A stretch of 64,000 nucleotides of DNA from an uncultured Alcanivoracaceae bacterium (GCA_913061105.1 CAJXVJ010000001.1:12676-76675), one strand, 5' to 3'; positions 26,823 to 37,076 are shown, numbered from the stretch's first letter. Numbers and translations are program-made. The notes: generated from the letters alone by a model not told the origin.

Positions 26823-28094
26823 TTAATAAACTAAAACCATAATTGACCCTGCAGCACCCGCGCCTGTTGATGGGTTAAATCTTGCGCATGTCAAGTTACC
26901 ACCAATAATTGTGCAATTCGCAGCCCTTACACTTCCTGCTCCAGTACTTTGACTCATGGCTGAAACTTGAAAATATCTGTCAGAAATATCAGATGGAAAA
27001 TCAATAACACATTTACCAGCAGAACCACCATCAGAAATTGATATTGAGCCTGTGCCTATCCCGTTGTAAGATCTTGTAATACTTGATGATGATTCATTAC
27101 AAACTGCTCTTACCATGTATTTCATCATGCCATTATTTTCTAATGTTTGTTTTGTGTCACCAAAAAAGTTACTGGTGCCATCCCCTTTTACCCAAAACTT
27201 TGTGTTACCACCTACTCTTACTCTTAATGCATCTTCAGTATCATCTTCACTATCCACTTGTAATTTTGCAAATGGGTTTACAGTTCCAATTCCTACCAAA
27301 CCATTAGCATCTATTGTAACTCTTGGGTTATTACTTCCTGTGACCAAGTGTAAATTTCCAATTGAACCGCTAGTGGTTCCAATTTCAAAATCTTCGTCCA
27401 ATATGTTTCCACCTGGTGTTTGATAGGAACCAACATAACCTCTTCCTTCTCCATTTTCTTCAAAATACACAAACATTCGATCTCCACCATTAAAGGTTGC
27501 AGAAAGGTCACTAGAAGTTGCAACATTTAAACCCGAAGCCGTAAGGGAGGTGGTTTCGTTTCCAATATTTACACGGCCCGAAGTATAGGAAATTGTACTA
27601 CCATTTACACTCCAAGGTGAAGGAGTGGTCACAGCTGGATCCGCTGGATTCCATTGAAAACCATTAAATGTTAATACTTGACCATTTGTTGCACTGCCAT
27701 TGGTCAAATTTGTTGCAAGAGGAACCGCTTGGACTGTTTGAGAACCCAGTGTTGTGAACGCCCCTCCAGGGCCCTCTGAAGTTTTACGAACACTAACTGT
27801 AACTGTAAAATTTTTGTATCCATCAAAGGCGTCTATATCAAAATCAGCATTGACACTAAACAATCCATTGGCTACTTCAACAGGAGAATGAATTGACGTG
27901 TTCCCCCAAGGTGTCATGTCGCCGTCAATTAAATCTAAATTTATGTCATATTGTCCATTTGCGGGTACTCCGTTATCTATCAATTCTCCTTGATAAGTGA
28001 ACGAACTATCAACTTGACTCATTGCATTGTTAAATACAAAAAAGGAAAAAAGTAGTGTTATTAAGGTGTTGTTTATTATTTTGTTTTTCATCAT
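26823..28094 (-). CDS. secreted tail-fibre-like protein
   Basis: 423 aa with a signal peptide. Motifs FTYQGELIDNGVPANGQYDINLDL, GQVLTFNGFQWNPADP and GLVGIGTVNPFAKLQV. Confidence 0.5.
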   Translation of the reverse strand: MMKNKIINNTLITLLFSFFVFNNAMSQVDSSFTYQGELIDNGVPANGQYDINLDLIDGDMTPWGNTSIHSPVEVANGLFSVNADFDIDAFDGYKNFTVTVSVRKTSEGPGGAFTTLGSQTVQAVPLATNLTNGSATNGQVLTFNGFQWNPADPAVTTPSPWSVNGSTISYTSGRVNIGNETTSLTASGLNVATSSDLSATFNGGDRMFVYFEENGEGRGYVGSYQTPGGNILDEDFEIGTTSGSIGNLHLVTGSNNPRVTIDANGLVGIGTVNPFAKLQVDSEDDTEDALRVRVGGNTKFWVKGDGTSNFFGDTKQTLENNGMMKYMVRAVCNESSSSITRSYNGIGTGSISISDGGSAGKCVIDFPSDISDRYFQVSAMSQSTGAGSVRAANCTIIGGNLTCARFNPSTGAGAAGSIMVLVY

Positions 28095-28106
28095 AGTCTC
28101 CTGGAT

Positions 28107-28370
28107 TTATTCAAATCCATTTTTAAAAATTATATCGTTTTGCTCTTGCCAAAAACCTGCATTAAGAGAATAATCTCCATTTGCTTGTGTGTTACTGGCA
28201 TCGGTCTGAGCAATGCTAGAAGTCATTTCATATTGACCTTCGCTCATTGTCGAACCACCGCTGTTTATCGTGTATTTTCTTATCTCATACTGAGCAAATG
28301 ACTGGCTGAAAACCATGCCCAGTATTATTAAGGAAATTGCTTTTTTGTATTTGAATGCTTTTTCTATCAT
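28107..28370 (-). CDS. small secreted protein (87 aa) ending in IFKNGFE
   Basis: Signal peptide, then the pattern Y-x-I…INSGG…GQYEM…IAQTD…GDYSLNAGFW. It lies 12 nt upstream of the tail-fibre-like gene on the same strand. Confidence 0.45.
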   Translation of the reverse strand: MIEKAFKYKKAISLIILGMVFSQSFAQYEIRKYTINSGGSTMSEGQYEMTSSIAQTDASNTQANGDYSLNAGFWQEQNDIIFKNGFE

Positions 28371-28560
28371 TTCATGTTTGCTCCTTTATTTTTTAATTAC
28401 TTATAAATACGGTGGCTTAGAAATTTTGGTGACACATTGTTTGTGTCCTGTTCATTTTCAATTCATCATGTGTGTTTCGTGATTACTAAATTTGAAGGTA
28501 AATAAATATAAAATGACTTGTTACACATGCAATTTTTTAAAAACACTCTAAAATAAAATA

Positions 28561-29031
28561 ATGGAAAATTTAACTTATAAAAATTTAGAATCCGAACATT
28601 TGACATTAAGCCGCCTTGTTTTAACCATTGTTTTTGTCATTCTGTCACTTGCTTATCTATTAATGTTTATCCTTGTAGAACAGATACCATTAAAAATATT
28701 TGGTTTGAAGTTATTGATTTCATGGTCCTTGTATCTACTAATCTTTATCTATACTGGCGCAGCTCACAGACGTTTCAAATACACAATGAACGAACACGGT
28801 TTATTTATTCACCGCGGGGTTTTTTGGCGCAGAAAGATAGTCGTCCCTAGAAATCGTGTACAACATACCGATGTCACACAAGGACCTTTAGAGCGTAAGT
28901 TTGATTTGGCTGAGTTAGTGGTTCACACAGCAGGTACTCGAAATGCCTCCGTCAAATTACCAGGCATTTACCACAAGGATGCAGAAGCGCTCCGCGAGTC
29001 ATTGTCTTTTGAAGAAAGTGATGATGTATGA
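28561..29031 (+). CDS. membrane protein with bacterial PH (bPH_2) domain, YdbS-like
   Basis: 156 aa. Two TM helices, then RNRVQHTDVTQGPLERKFDLAELVVHTAG, which is typical of bPH_2. Confidence 0.6.
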   Translation: MENLTYKNLESEHLTLSRLVLTIVFVILSLAYLLMFILVEQIPLKIFGLKLLISWSLYLLIFIYTGAAHRRFKYTMNEHGLFIHRGVFWRRKIVVPRNRVQHTDVTQGPLERKFDLAELVVHTAGTRNASVKLPGIYHKDAEALRESLSFEESDDV

Positions 29032-30590
29032 CTGATGCCAGTGAAGCAGAAATGAGCTCAAATGACAACGGCACTAGGCTACACAAGTCTTCACCGTTGT
29101 TCATTCTTATTCATGTTGTTATCAAATCCATTATTCCGTTGGCTTTTGGTGTATTTACCTATGGTACTTCAAAGTATTCAAATATATTGGTAATCGCAGC
29201 TACAGTATTTATTGCTTCGTTTGCTTTGTTACAATATTGGTTTTATCATTATTGGATTAAAGAAGAAAAAATTGAGATAAAAGAAGGCATCTTCTTCAAA
29301 AACAACCGTAAAGTCCCTTACACCAGAATTCAGAATGTCAATGTTTCCCAAAACCCATTACAGCGCATTTTTAAAGTGGCAACATTACAATTAGAATCTG
29401 CCTCTGGGGGAAAACCCGAAGCTGTGATGCGAGTGGTTGATTTAGGAGTTGTTGAAAGAATTAAACACAAGGTTAAGCAGGCCAATGCTTTGGTTTCGGC
29501 TTCATCTGTTGAAACTGGTGACCCTGGTATTGAAAACAGTGATACAGACGCTGATGCAGTTGTTGGTGACAAACCATTACATACCATGTCAACCTTTGAG
29601 GTTATCAAGTATGGCATTATTTCACAAAAAGGCATGTTTTATGGTGCCATTATATTTGGCTTTCTGGCTCAAAACCAAGTTCTTATGAGCGCTGCTTATA
29701 AATATTTTGAACTGTTTTACAGCGTGCCTGACTTTACCAAAATCACATTGGCCGAAGGTTTCGTCTATGTATTGGTCATAGGTCTGGTCATGTTTGTGTT
29801 TTTACAACTGATGTCCATATTGTGGTCTCTGATGAAATTTTATGATTTCAAGATTGAAAAACAAGGCGACAGACTACAAGCTCACATGGGCTTGTTATCA
29901 AAAGTGGCTGCCACCATTCCTCTTAAAAAAATTCAGCTGTACCGACTCAGTGAAAACCCATTGCACAAGTTTTTTAAAGCCCGCACCATAACCATCGAAA
30001 CCGCCGGTGGTGTCAACACCGATAACAGTGGTATCGTCATGCGTTGGTTGGCACCATCAATTAATACTAACAAAGTTAGAAGCTTTATTCATGAAATTGA
30101 GCCCAAAATCAAATTGGGTTCTGTTGATTGGCAATTGATTCCTTACCGTGCATGGAAACGTGTATTAAAAAGATCGCTTTTTACCTTGGCTTTTTTTAGT
30201 GCAATTCTTATTGGCGTTGCCAGCTTGCCACAAATTACATTAAAAGCTTATGCCTGGGCAATAATGGTGGCCATGATTCCTGTTTGTTACTTTTATTCAA
30301 AAAACTACGTAAAGAAAACCGCTTATTACATTAATGATGACATCATTTGTTTTAAAAGTGGCGTCTGGTTTGGTAAGCAAAGTTTTGTTAAAATCAGTAA
30401 AATTCAAACAGTTGAAATTCTAGAGTCTCCTTGGGACAGAAGAAATAAAATGGCAACCCTTGAAATAGATACAGCTGGTTCAAATCCACTGTTACACCAT
30501 GTCAGAATCCCATATTTAGAACTGGCTGATGCCTATGAGCTTCAGGCCTTTATTCAAAACCGATTGGATGAAACAGAGTTTAATTGGTAA
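29028..30590 (+). CDS. membrane protein with three bPH_2 domains, YdbT-like
   Basis: 520 aa. The motif recurs three times (YTRIQNVNVSQNPLQRIFKVATLQLESA; KIQLYRLSENPLHKFFKARTITIETAG; KIQTVEILESPWDRRNKMATLEIDTAG). ATGA overlap with the upstream gene. Confidence 0.6.
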   Translation: MTDASEAEMSSNDNGTRLHKSSPLFILIHVVIKSIIPLAFGVFTYGTSKYSNILVIAATVFIASFALLQYWFYHYWIKEEKIEIKEGIFFKNNRKVPYTRIQNVNVSQNPLQRIFKVATLQLESASGGKPEAVMRVVDLGVVERIKHKVKQANALVSASSVETGDPGIENSDTDADAVVGDKPLHTMSTFEVIKYGIISQKGMFYGAIIFGFLAQNQVLMSAAYKYFELFYSVPDFTKITLAEGFVYVLVIGLVMFVFLQLMSILWSLMKFYDFKIEKQGDRLQAHMGLLSKVAATIPLKKIQLYRLSENPLHKFFKARTITIETAGGVNTDNSGIVMRWLAPSINTNKVRSFIHEIEPKIKLGSVDWQLIPYRAWKRVLKRSLFTLAFFSAILIGVASLPQITLKAYAWAIMVAMIPVCYFYSKNYVKKTAYYINDDIICFKSGVWFGKQSFVKISKIQTVEILESPWDRRNKMATLEIDTAGSNPLLHHVRIPYLELADAYELQAFIQNRLDETEFNW

Positions 30591-30675
30591 TGTCTTCCAT
30601 GGTGTGCCTGTAAATTAACACTTTTTCAGGTACAAATAATTCCGTTCATTGACAATGGTCTTTTGACTTCAAATT

Positions 30676-30684
30676 TGTTATAAT
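30676..30684 (+). promoter_or_regulatory. extended -10 promoter element TGtTATAAT upstream of prpB
   Basis: About 38 nt upstream of the prpB ATG, which has an AAGG Shine-Dalgarno. Confidence 0.45.
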
Positions 30685-30721
30685 ACGCGCGCTTATTCCA
30701 AGCTAACATTAAGGTTAATCT

Positions 30722-31606
30722 ATGACAAATAAAATTCAATCAGCTGGCGCTTTATTCAGGGCAGCTGTCAAAGACAACAATCCACTATCCGTAGTGGGAA
30801 CCATTACAGCCTTATCAGCATTAATGGCTGAAAAAGTTGGACACAAAGCCATTTATTTATCAGGAGGTGGGGTTGCCGCCAATTCTTTGGGCATGCCTGA
30901 TTTGGGCATTTCATCACTTGAAGATGTGTTAATCGACACACGAAGAATCACAGATGTTTGTAAACTGCCCCTATTAATTGATGTGGATACTTGTTGGGGT
31001 GGTGCTTTTAATATTGCCCGCACAACTCGTAGCGTGATTAAAGCTGGCGCTGGTGCCATGCACATGGAAGATCAGGTGGCTGAAAAACGCTGTGGTCATA
31101 GGCCCAATAAAGAAGTGGTCACAAAACAAGAAATGGTAGACAGGGTCAAAGCCGCTGTCGATGCGCGCACCGATGATGAGTTTGTGATTATGGCTAGAAC
31201 GGATGCATTGGCTATCGAAGGCATAGATTTGGCGATTGAACGCATGGTGGCTTATGCTGAGGCTGGCGCTGATATGATTTTCCCTGAAGCGGTTCAATCA
31301 TTAGAGCAATACAAAAAAATTAAAGCAGCTGTTAAAGTTCCTATTTTGGCAAACATTACAGAGTTTGGTAAAACTGAACTCTATTCACAATCAGAGCTGG
31401 GTGCTCACGATGTTGATATCGTACTTTATTGTTGTGGTGCGTATCGTGCCATGAACAAAGGCGCACAAAATGTTTATGAAGCTTTGCTTAATGATGGCCA
31501 CCAACGCAATGTCATCGATATTATGCAACCCAGAGAAGACATGTATGAGTTTTTGGGTTATCACAAATACGAACAAAAATTAGATGAGTTGTTTTCAAAG
31601 AAATAA
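30722..31606 (+). CDS. prpB: 2-methylisocitrate lyase
   Basis: 294 aa. Motifs [17 protein letters not shown] and [14 protein letters not shown] (the KRCGH motif), with prpC directly downstream. Confidence 0.9.
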   Translation: MTNKIQSAGALFRAAVKDNNPLSVVGTITALSALMAEKVGHKAIYLSGGGVAANSLGMPDLGISSLEDVLIDTRRITDVCKLPLLIDVDTCWGGAFNIARTTRSVIKAGAGAMHMEDQVAEKRCGHRPNKEVVTKQEMVDRVKAAVDARTDDEFVIMARTDALAIEGIDLAIERMVAYAEAGADMIFPEAVQSLEQYKKIKAAVKVPILANITEFGKTELYSQSELGAHDVDIVLYCCGAYRAMNKGAQNVYEALLNDGHQRNVIDIMQPREDMYEFLGYHKYEQKLDELFSKK

Positions 31607-31707
31607 CCGACATTTGTTATACTAAAGAACAGTGTTATTATTTTAGTACCACTGTTAAAGTACAATATTAACAGAAAATATAAACATTAAATTGAAAGAG
31701 AATTATT

Positions 31708-32841
31708 ATGGCAGAAGGAAAAAAGAAAGTAGGCGGAGCTGGGCTTCGTGGACAATCCGCAGGTGAAACAAAATTATGTACAGTAGGTAAAACTGGATCT
31801 GGATTGACCTATAATGGTTATGATGTGGCTGATTTGGCTGAAAATGCCAGTTTTTATGAAACGGCTTATTTGATTTTTCATGGTGAATTGCCCAATCAAG
31901 CTCAACTAGATGAGTACAGTGCAAAAATCATGGCAAACAGAGCTTTGCCTGAAGAATTAAGAAAAACGTTGGAAATGATTCCAAAAGACACGCACCCAAT
32001 GGATGTGATGCGCACAGGTGCTTCTATGTTAGGTAACTTAGAGCCTGAAACAGATTTTTCACAACAACAAGACGCTGCTGACAGATTGCTGGGCGCTTTT
32101 CCTTCCATTATTTGTTATTGGTACAAATTTTCACACGATGGTGTTCGCATAGAAACGGCGCTAGATGACGATTCAATTGGCGGTCATTTCTTGCACATGC
32201 TGCGTGGTGAAAAACCCAATGATTTACATGCCAAAGTGATGGATGTTTCATTAATTCTGTATGCAGAGCATGAGTTTAATGCCTCAACTTTCACAGGACG
32301 TGTTGTTGCTTCAACTTTATCTGACATGTATTCTTGTGTGACAGCCTCAGTTGGCGCATTGCGCGGACCTTTGCACGGTGGTGCTAATGAAGCGGCCATG
32401 GCGATGCTATCACAATGGAAGTCAACCGATGAAGCCATTGCTGGTATTGATGAAATGTTAGCAACCAAACAATTAATCATGGGTTTTGGTCACGCTGTTT
32501 ATACAGAAAGCGATCCAAGAAACGCCTTAATCAAACGTTGGTCTAAAGAATTATCTGAAGACGTGGGCGATGAGTGTTTGTATGATGTGTCTTGTGCTGT
32601 TGAGAAAAAATTGTGGGACGAAAAACGCATCTTCCCAAATGCGGATTTTTTCCACGCATCGGCTTATCACTTTATGGACATCCCAACACCGTTATTCACA
32701 CCAATCTTTGTGATGTCGCGAATCACCGGTTGGGCAGCACATGTGATGGAACAAAGAGCCAACAACAGAATCATTCGCCCAAATGCGGATTATGTTGGTG
32801 TCGGCCCCAGAGAAGTGAATGACATAAAAGACCGGGCTTAA
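31708..32841 (+). CDS. prpC: 2-methylcitrate synthase
   Basis: 377 aa citrate-synthase family (GPLHGGANE, GFGHAVY). Its size and its position after prpB fit PrpC. Confidence 0.9.
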   Translation: MAEGKKKVGGAGLRGQSAGETKLCTVGKTGSGLTYNGYDVADLAENASFYETAYLIFHGELPNQAQLDEYSAKIMANRALPEELRKTLEMIPKDTHPMDVMRTGASMLGNLEPETDFSQQQDAADRLLGAFPSIICYWYKFSHDGVRIETALDDDSIGGHFLHMLRGEKPNDLHAKVMDVSLILYAEHEFNASTFTGRVVASTLSDMYSCVTASVGALRGPLHGGANEAAMAMLSQWKSTDEAIAGIDEMLATKQLIMGFGHAVYTESDPRNALIKRWSKELSEDVGDECLYDVSCAVEKKLWDEKRIFPNADFFHASAYHFMDIPTPLFTPIFVMSRITGWAAHVMEQRANNRIIRPNADYVGVGPREVNDIKDRA

Positions 32842-32858
32842 TTAAAACCTCCAACGAT

Positions 32859-32886
32859 GAGGCGCTCAATTTGGGCGCCTTTTTCT
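32859..32886 (+). terminator. rho-independent terminator after prpC
   Basis: AGGCGC-loop-GCGCCT followed by TTTTTC. Confidence 0.6.
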
Positions 32887-32894
32887 GTATACAG

Positions 32895-34028
32895 TTATTG
32901 ATTAAACTCAATAACTTTAATTAATTGATATTTGCTTTTATTCTTTTTAAACTTATACTCTTTTACAGCATTTATTGCTGAAAGCTCAAACAATTTATCA
33001 CTCGATTGTAAAACTTGTGATTCAATTACTCTTCCTTTCTTATTAATTAACATGGCAACACGCACCCATTGATTAGGTGGCTTTTTTAATTGGTATACTA
33101 TTTCATTTGACCAGAGAAGCCTGTTGTTTTTTTGTGAGGTTACAAACGCCTCTAATCTTGCTGTAAACTTCCTTGAAACTATTTTGTTTTTTATAGTTGC
33201 AGGCAAGAATTTCAAATTTGAAAGCATTTGCTTAATAGCTTCTTTATTTTTAAACTTTTTATCATATTTTTTAATTTTAAACTTCTTAACATTTCCTTCT
33301 TCATCAATTATAAACTCTACTTTTAGTTTTATAATTTCGACATAATCTTTAAAAGGAAGAGAGTTTAATTTAGATAGTAATATTGGCGCACAATTTTCAG
33401 ATATGCACATTTTTTGAAACTGATTAAAAGCTCCAGATGTTTTTATAATACTTGATTTGGCATGTTTTATTATTTTATCTTGAACGATTGAAAAATTAGG
33501 TATTTGTGTATTCTGATTCGGCCAAAGTAACAATTGCTGATTAATTTCAATATCTTTAAAATAAGCTATTGTATTAATATAATCGTTTTCATTTTGTTCC
33601 TCAATTTTCATTTCATAGACAGCTAAAAATGGTATATCACTTGGCTCTTTAAGAGCTAATAATTCAAGTGTTGAGGGTTTTTTTGTGAGCTCTTCTGGTA
33701 GTTTGAATTCTATTCTTTGAGTGGAAACCTGTTCAACTGCTTTATTATCAACTATTTTTGGAATGAATTTGTATTTAGAGACTGCTTGAACTGCAACTTT
33801 ATTAAAAATGTCTTTTGGTTCAGCATCAATAACTTTTACATTCTTTACACCTCCATTAACATCAACAACAAATTCAACACTGACAAATCCCTCTAATCGT
33901 TCAAGTATAGCTTTCGTTGGATATTGTGGTGCTACAGTAACAATTGGCTTTATTTCAGAAGTAACAACACCTTCAGCTAGAACTGAATTAAAGCTAAGCA
34001 AGATAAATATTATATATATGGTATTCAT
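32895..34028 (-). CDS. secreted protein with repeated TonB-C-terminal-like domains
   Basis: I chose the start MNTIYIIFILLSFNSVLA (signal peptide), which abuts the prpF stop. The first module PQYPTKAILERLEGFVSVEFVVDVNGGVKNVKV… is a clear TonB_C. Two further, weaker copies follow. Confidence 0.5.
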   Translation of the reverse strand: MNTIYIIFILLSFNSVLAEGVVTSEIKPIVTVAPQYPTKAILERLEGFVSVEFVVDVNGGVKNVKVIDAEPKDIFNKVAVQAVSKYKFIPKIVDNKAVEQVSTQRIEFKLPEELTKKPSTLELLALKEPSDIPFLAVYEMKIEEQNENDYINTIAYFKDIEINQQLLLWPNQNTQIPNFSIVQDKIIKHAKSSIIKTSGAFNQFQKMCISENCAPILLSKLNSLPFKDYVEIIKLKVEFIIDEEGNVKKFKIKKYDKKFKNKEAIKQMLSNLKFLPATIKNKIVSRKFTARLEAFVTSQKNNRLLWSNEIVYQLKKPPNQWVRVAMLINKKGRVIESQVLQSSDKLFELSAINAVKEYKFKKNKSKYQLIKVIEFNQ

Positions 34029-34030
34029 TA

Positions 34031-35206
34031 TTATATTTCCACAGGAATACAAACTTTCCCTTCCATCAACACTCTGGCACTGCGACTCATGATCACTTTT
34101 TCGGCTTTCCATTCTCCATCAATTTTATTAACTTCGGCACCGACTTTTAATGTGCCAGAAGGGTGACCAAAACGCAGAGTGTTTCGTTCACCACCACCTG
34201 CGGCTAAATTGACCAATGTTCCGGGAATCGCAGAGGCTGTGGCTATTGCCACGGCAGCCGTTCCCATCATGGCGTGGTGTAATAAACCCATGGATAACGC
34301 ACGTACATTTAAGTCGATATCATCGGCATGTATTTCTTTACCACTAGATGATGTATAAGCATCTGGAGGTGCTAAAAAGGCTACTTTTGGTGTGTGTTGG
34401 CGGGTTTTTGCCTCATCGATATTATTAATTAACCCCATTTTCACTGCACCATAAGCGCGTATGGTTTCAAACATTTCTAATGCCTTCGCATCACCATTAA
34501 TGTCTCCTTGTAATTCGATTCCTTTATAACCAATATCACCAGCATTTAAAAATATGGTCGGAATGCCAGCAGTAATCATGGTCACTTGGAAAGTGCCAAC
34601 TCCCGGAACATCCAACTCATCAATCAGACTGCCTGTTGGAAACAAGGCTTCATCGCCAACCGGTTTTACAAATTCAATCTTGACTTCGGCTGCTGGGAAT
34701 GTAACACCATCCAACTCGAAACCGCCGGTTTCTTGCACTTGGCCATTGGTTATTGGCACATGGGCAATAATGGTTTTTTTGATGTTGGCCTGCCAAATTC
34801 GCACCACGGCAATGCCATTATCTGGAATGCGTGATGAATCAACCAAACCATTTGTAATGGCAAAAGACCCAACTGCTGCGGTTAAGTTGCCACAGTTGCC
34901 ACTAAAATCTACAAAAGCTTTATCAATCGCTACTTGGCCAAACAAATAATCCACATCATGACCGGGTTCAGAGCTTTTAGATAAAATCACAGATTTGCTT
35001 GTACTAGACGTTGCTCCGCCCATGCCATCGGTTTGTTTCCCGTAAGGGTCTGGAGAACCAATAACACGCAGTATTAGGTTATTTCGCGCTTCTCCGGCAA
35101 CTTGTGCGGGACCTGGTAAATCCGCAAGGTTGAAGAATACGCCTTTTGAAGTGCCGCCGCGCATATACGTGGCAGGGATTTTTATTTGGGGTTTGAATGT
35201 TGTCAT
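34031..35206 (-). CDS. prpF: AcnD-accessory protein PrpF (2-methylaconitate isomerase)
   Basis: I prefer the start MTTFKPQIKIPATYMRGGTSKGVFF. Collinear with the PrpF family. Confidence 0.85.
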   Translation of the reverse strand: MTTFKPQIKIPATYMRGGTSKGVFFNLADLPGPAQVAGEARNNLILRVIGSPDPYGKQTDGMGGATSSTSKSVILSKSSEPGHDVDYLFGQVAIDKAFVDFSGNCGNLTAAVGSFAITNGLVDSSRIPDNGIAVVRIWQANIKKTIIAHVPITNGQVQETGGFELDGVTFPAAEVKIEFVKPVGDEALFPTGSLIDELDVPGVGTFQVTMITAGIPTIFLNAGDIGYKGIELQGDINGDAKALEMFETIRAYGAVKMGLINNIDEAKTRQHTPKVAFLAPPDAYTSSSGKEIHADDIDLNVRALSMGLLHHAMMGTAAVAIATASAIPGTLVNLAAGGGERNTLRFGHPSGTLKVGAEVNKIDGEWKAEKVIMSRSARVLMEGKVCIPVEI

Positions 35207-35326
35207 GCAATTCTCTTTTATAAATCTATTACTCTTAACAATGTTTGTATTGGGCTTCATACAATAAAACGGTGTGATCATTTTAACCCATTATTAGTCT
35301 TAATTGATGGTTTTTAATTGCGCTAA

Positions 35327-35929
35327 TTATATGTTTTTCAGCTCCACACGCTTTGACTGAGTCTCTTTTGAATTGTCTGAGTATTTTATTTGAAGAATAC
35401 CCTTGTTGTGTTTTATTGATAGAGAAGCTCCTAAAATGTAATTGTATGAACAGTTCAAAAGGTGTGGATAGTTAAGTTTTATAGATTGTTTGGTCTTGCC
35501 TGTTTTGCAATTAAGCTTAATCAGGTTTAAATCTCGATCGGTATTAAAATTAAAAGGCTCTTCACCTGAAACCAAGAACCAAAGATACTTATCATCAAGT
35601 ATGATTTTACTGTTATAACTGCCAGCAAATTGATTTAAAACATTGCCATTTATATCCAGCAATTGCATTTCATATTCAACATGTCCGCCTTTTGAGTGTT
35701 CATTAATCTGATAAACAATAAAGGCTTTTCCAGGAAGATTAAACAAATATGTTGCATGCAACATGGCGTAACCTTGATATACACTGGGGAAAAAATGGGT
35801 CCACTTGTTGCTTCTTCTGTTGCTATCGCAGATAACTTTACAAACATTTAAATGGCCCTGTTTTTCTTCCGTGACTACTATAGAACAGTTGTATTTTTTA
35901 ATGTTGTTTGTTTTTTCAACAAAATTCAT
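35327..35929 (-). CDS. hypothetical protein, 200 aa
   Basis: Clean ORF, no signal peptide, no recognised motif. Confidence 0.4.
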   Translation of the reverse strand: MNFVEKTNNIKKYNCSIVVTEEKQGHLNVCKVICDSNRRSNKWTHFFPSVYQGYAMLHATYLFNLPGKAFIVYQINEHSKGGHVEYEMQLLDINGNVLNQFAGSYNSKIILDDKYLWFLVSGEEPFNFNTDRDLNLIKLNCKTGKTKQSIKLNYPHLLNCSYNYILGASLSIKHNKGILQIKYSDNSKETQSKRVELKNI

Positions 35930-35935
35930 TTTAAA

Positions 35936-36907
35936 TCATTCATTGTCTAATTCTAGAATATGTTTAAATACGCCATAAACTACTTTTGCCATAGATAGGT
36001 AATCTAGTTTTTCATAGGTGTCTTCGGCAGTATGGTAATTATTGTTTCTATAAAAAGAGGTATCTGTCACCATCACTGCAGGGAAATCAAACTTCCAGTA
36101 ATTGCGGTGATCCGAAAAATCTATGCCTTCAATCGCTATGGGGGCATTGGTGGAATATGCAGGCAAATCTGTGTATTTGTTTATGCTGTTTTTAAGGCCG
36201 CTTGCTGAGGTTGAAAACACTTGGTCAACAATGGAAATAAAATTTCCTTTTGTTGGATACACTGCTTTCATCAGAGAAATTGGAAAAAACTGCGAGTCTT
36301 CTTCGTCAGTAAAATATCCAATCATTTCCAATGAAATCATGAGTATGACATTTTTATCCTTAACCGAATCTGCATGAATGTAACTACCCATATACTTACT
36401 GGCAAAATACGGAGGCTCTTCTAATGTATAAGCCACCAACTCTACTCTGTTTTTTAAATCAACCTGACTTAGTAGCCTTCCTAATTCAATTAATCCAGCG
36501 ACGCCACTGGCATTGTCATCAGCTCCAGCATATTCTCCCATCACATCATAATGGGCACCAATAACTATCATATCCTTAGTATTGGGGCCAAATCTGGCTA
36601 TGACATTTTTGTATTCATTGTCTTTGGCTTGGTATTGTTGAAAACTGACATCTTTAGAGTAGTTTTGTAATTGGTCTTTAATGTACTTGGCTGATTGGTT
36701 TAAGTTGCTTAAGTTTTTATAACTACGCGGTGAAAGGTTTTCTGATAAATGTACAACGTGCTTTTTTAATGCATCGGAATTTACTGTTATGGTTTCTGGT
36801 TCATGTTTTTCGAAAAAAGTCGGACGCACAACAATATACCCAACGATTAATAAACAGAAAATGAAAAAGAGCATAATTCGGAGTATTGCTTTTATAAATA
36901 TATTCAT
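35936..36907 (-). CDS. M28-family zinc aminopeptidase
   Basis: N-terminal anchor, then GAHYDV, DDNASGVAGLIELGR and LEEPPY motifs. Confidence 0.7.
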   Translation of the reverse strand: MNIFIKAILRIMLFFIFCLLIVGYIVVRPTFFEKHEPETITVNSDALKKHVVHLSENLSPRSYKNLSNLNQSAKYIKDQLQNYSKDVSFQQYQAKDNEYKNVIARFGPNTKDMIVIGAHYDVMGEYAGADDNASGVAGLIELGRLLSQVDLKNRVELVAYTLEEPPYFASKYMGSYIHADSVKDKNVILMISLEMIGYFTDEEDSQFFPISLMKAVYPTKGNFISIVDQVFSTSASGLKNSINKYTDLPAYSTNAPIAIEGIDFSDHRNYWKFDFPAVMVTDTSFYRNNNYHTAEDTYEKLDYLSMAKVVYGVFKHILELDNE

Positions 36908-37044
36908 ATGACTTGGAATTTAAAACCCCCATTAGTTCAATAGTGTTTTATTATACCCTAATGCCGATTTAGTAATACAGTTGATAATGCACATCAATTA
37001 CTTGTGCTAGCACCGTATTATCTAAACCTGGATTTGGGTAATAC

Positions 37045-37076
37045 AAAAAAGCCACTTCATCTTTCAATGAAATGGC
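37045..37076 (-). terminator. rho-independent terminator after ompW
   Basis: GCCACTTCAT / ATGAAATGGC stem with one mismatch. On the minus strand it is followed by TTTTTT. Confidence 0.6.
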
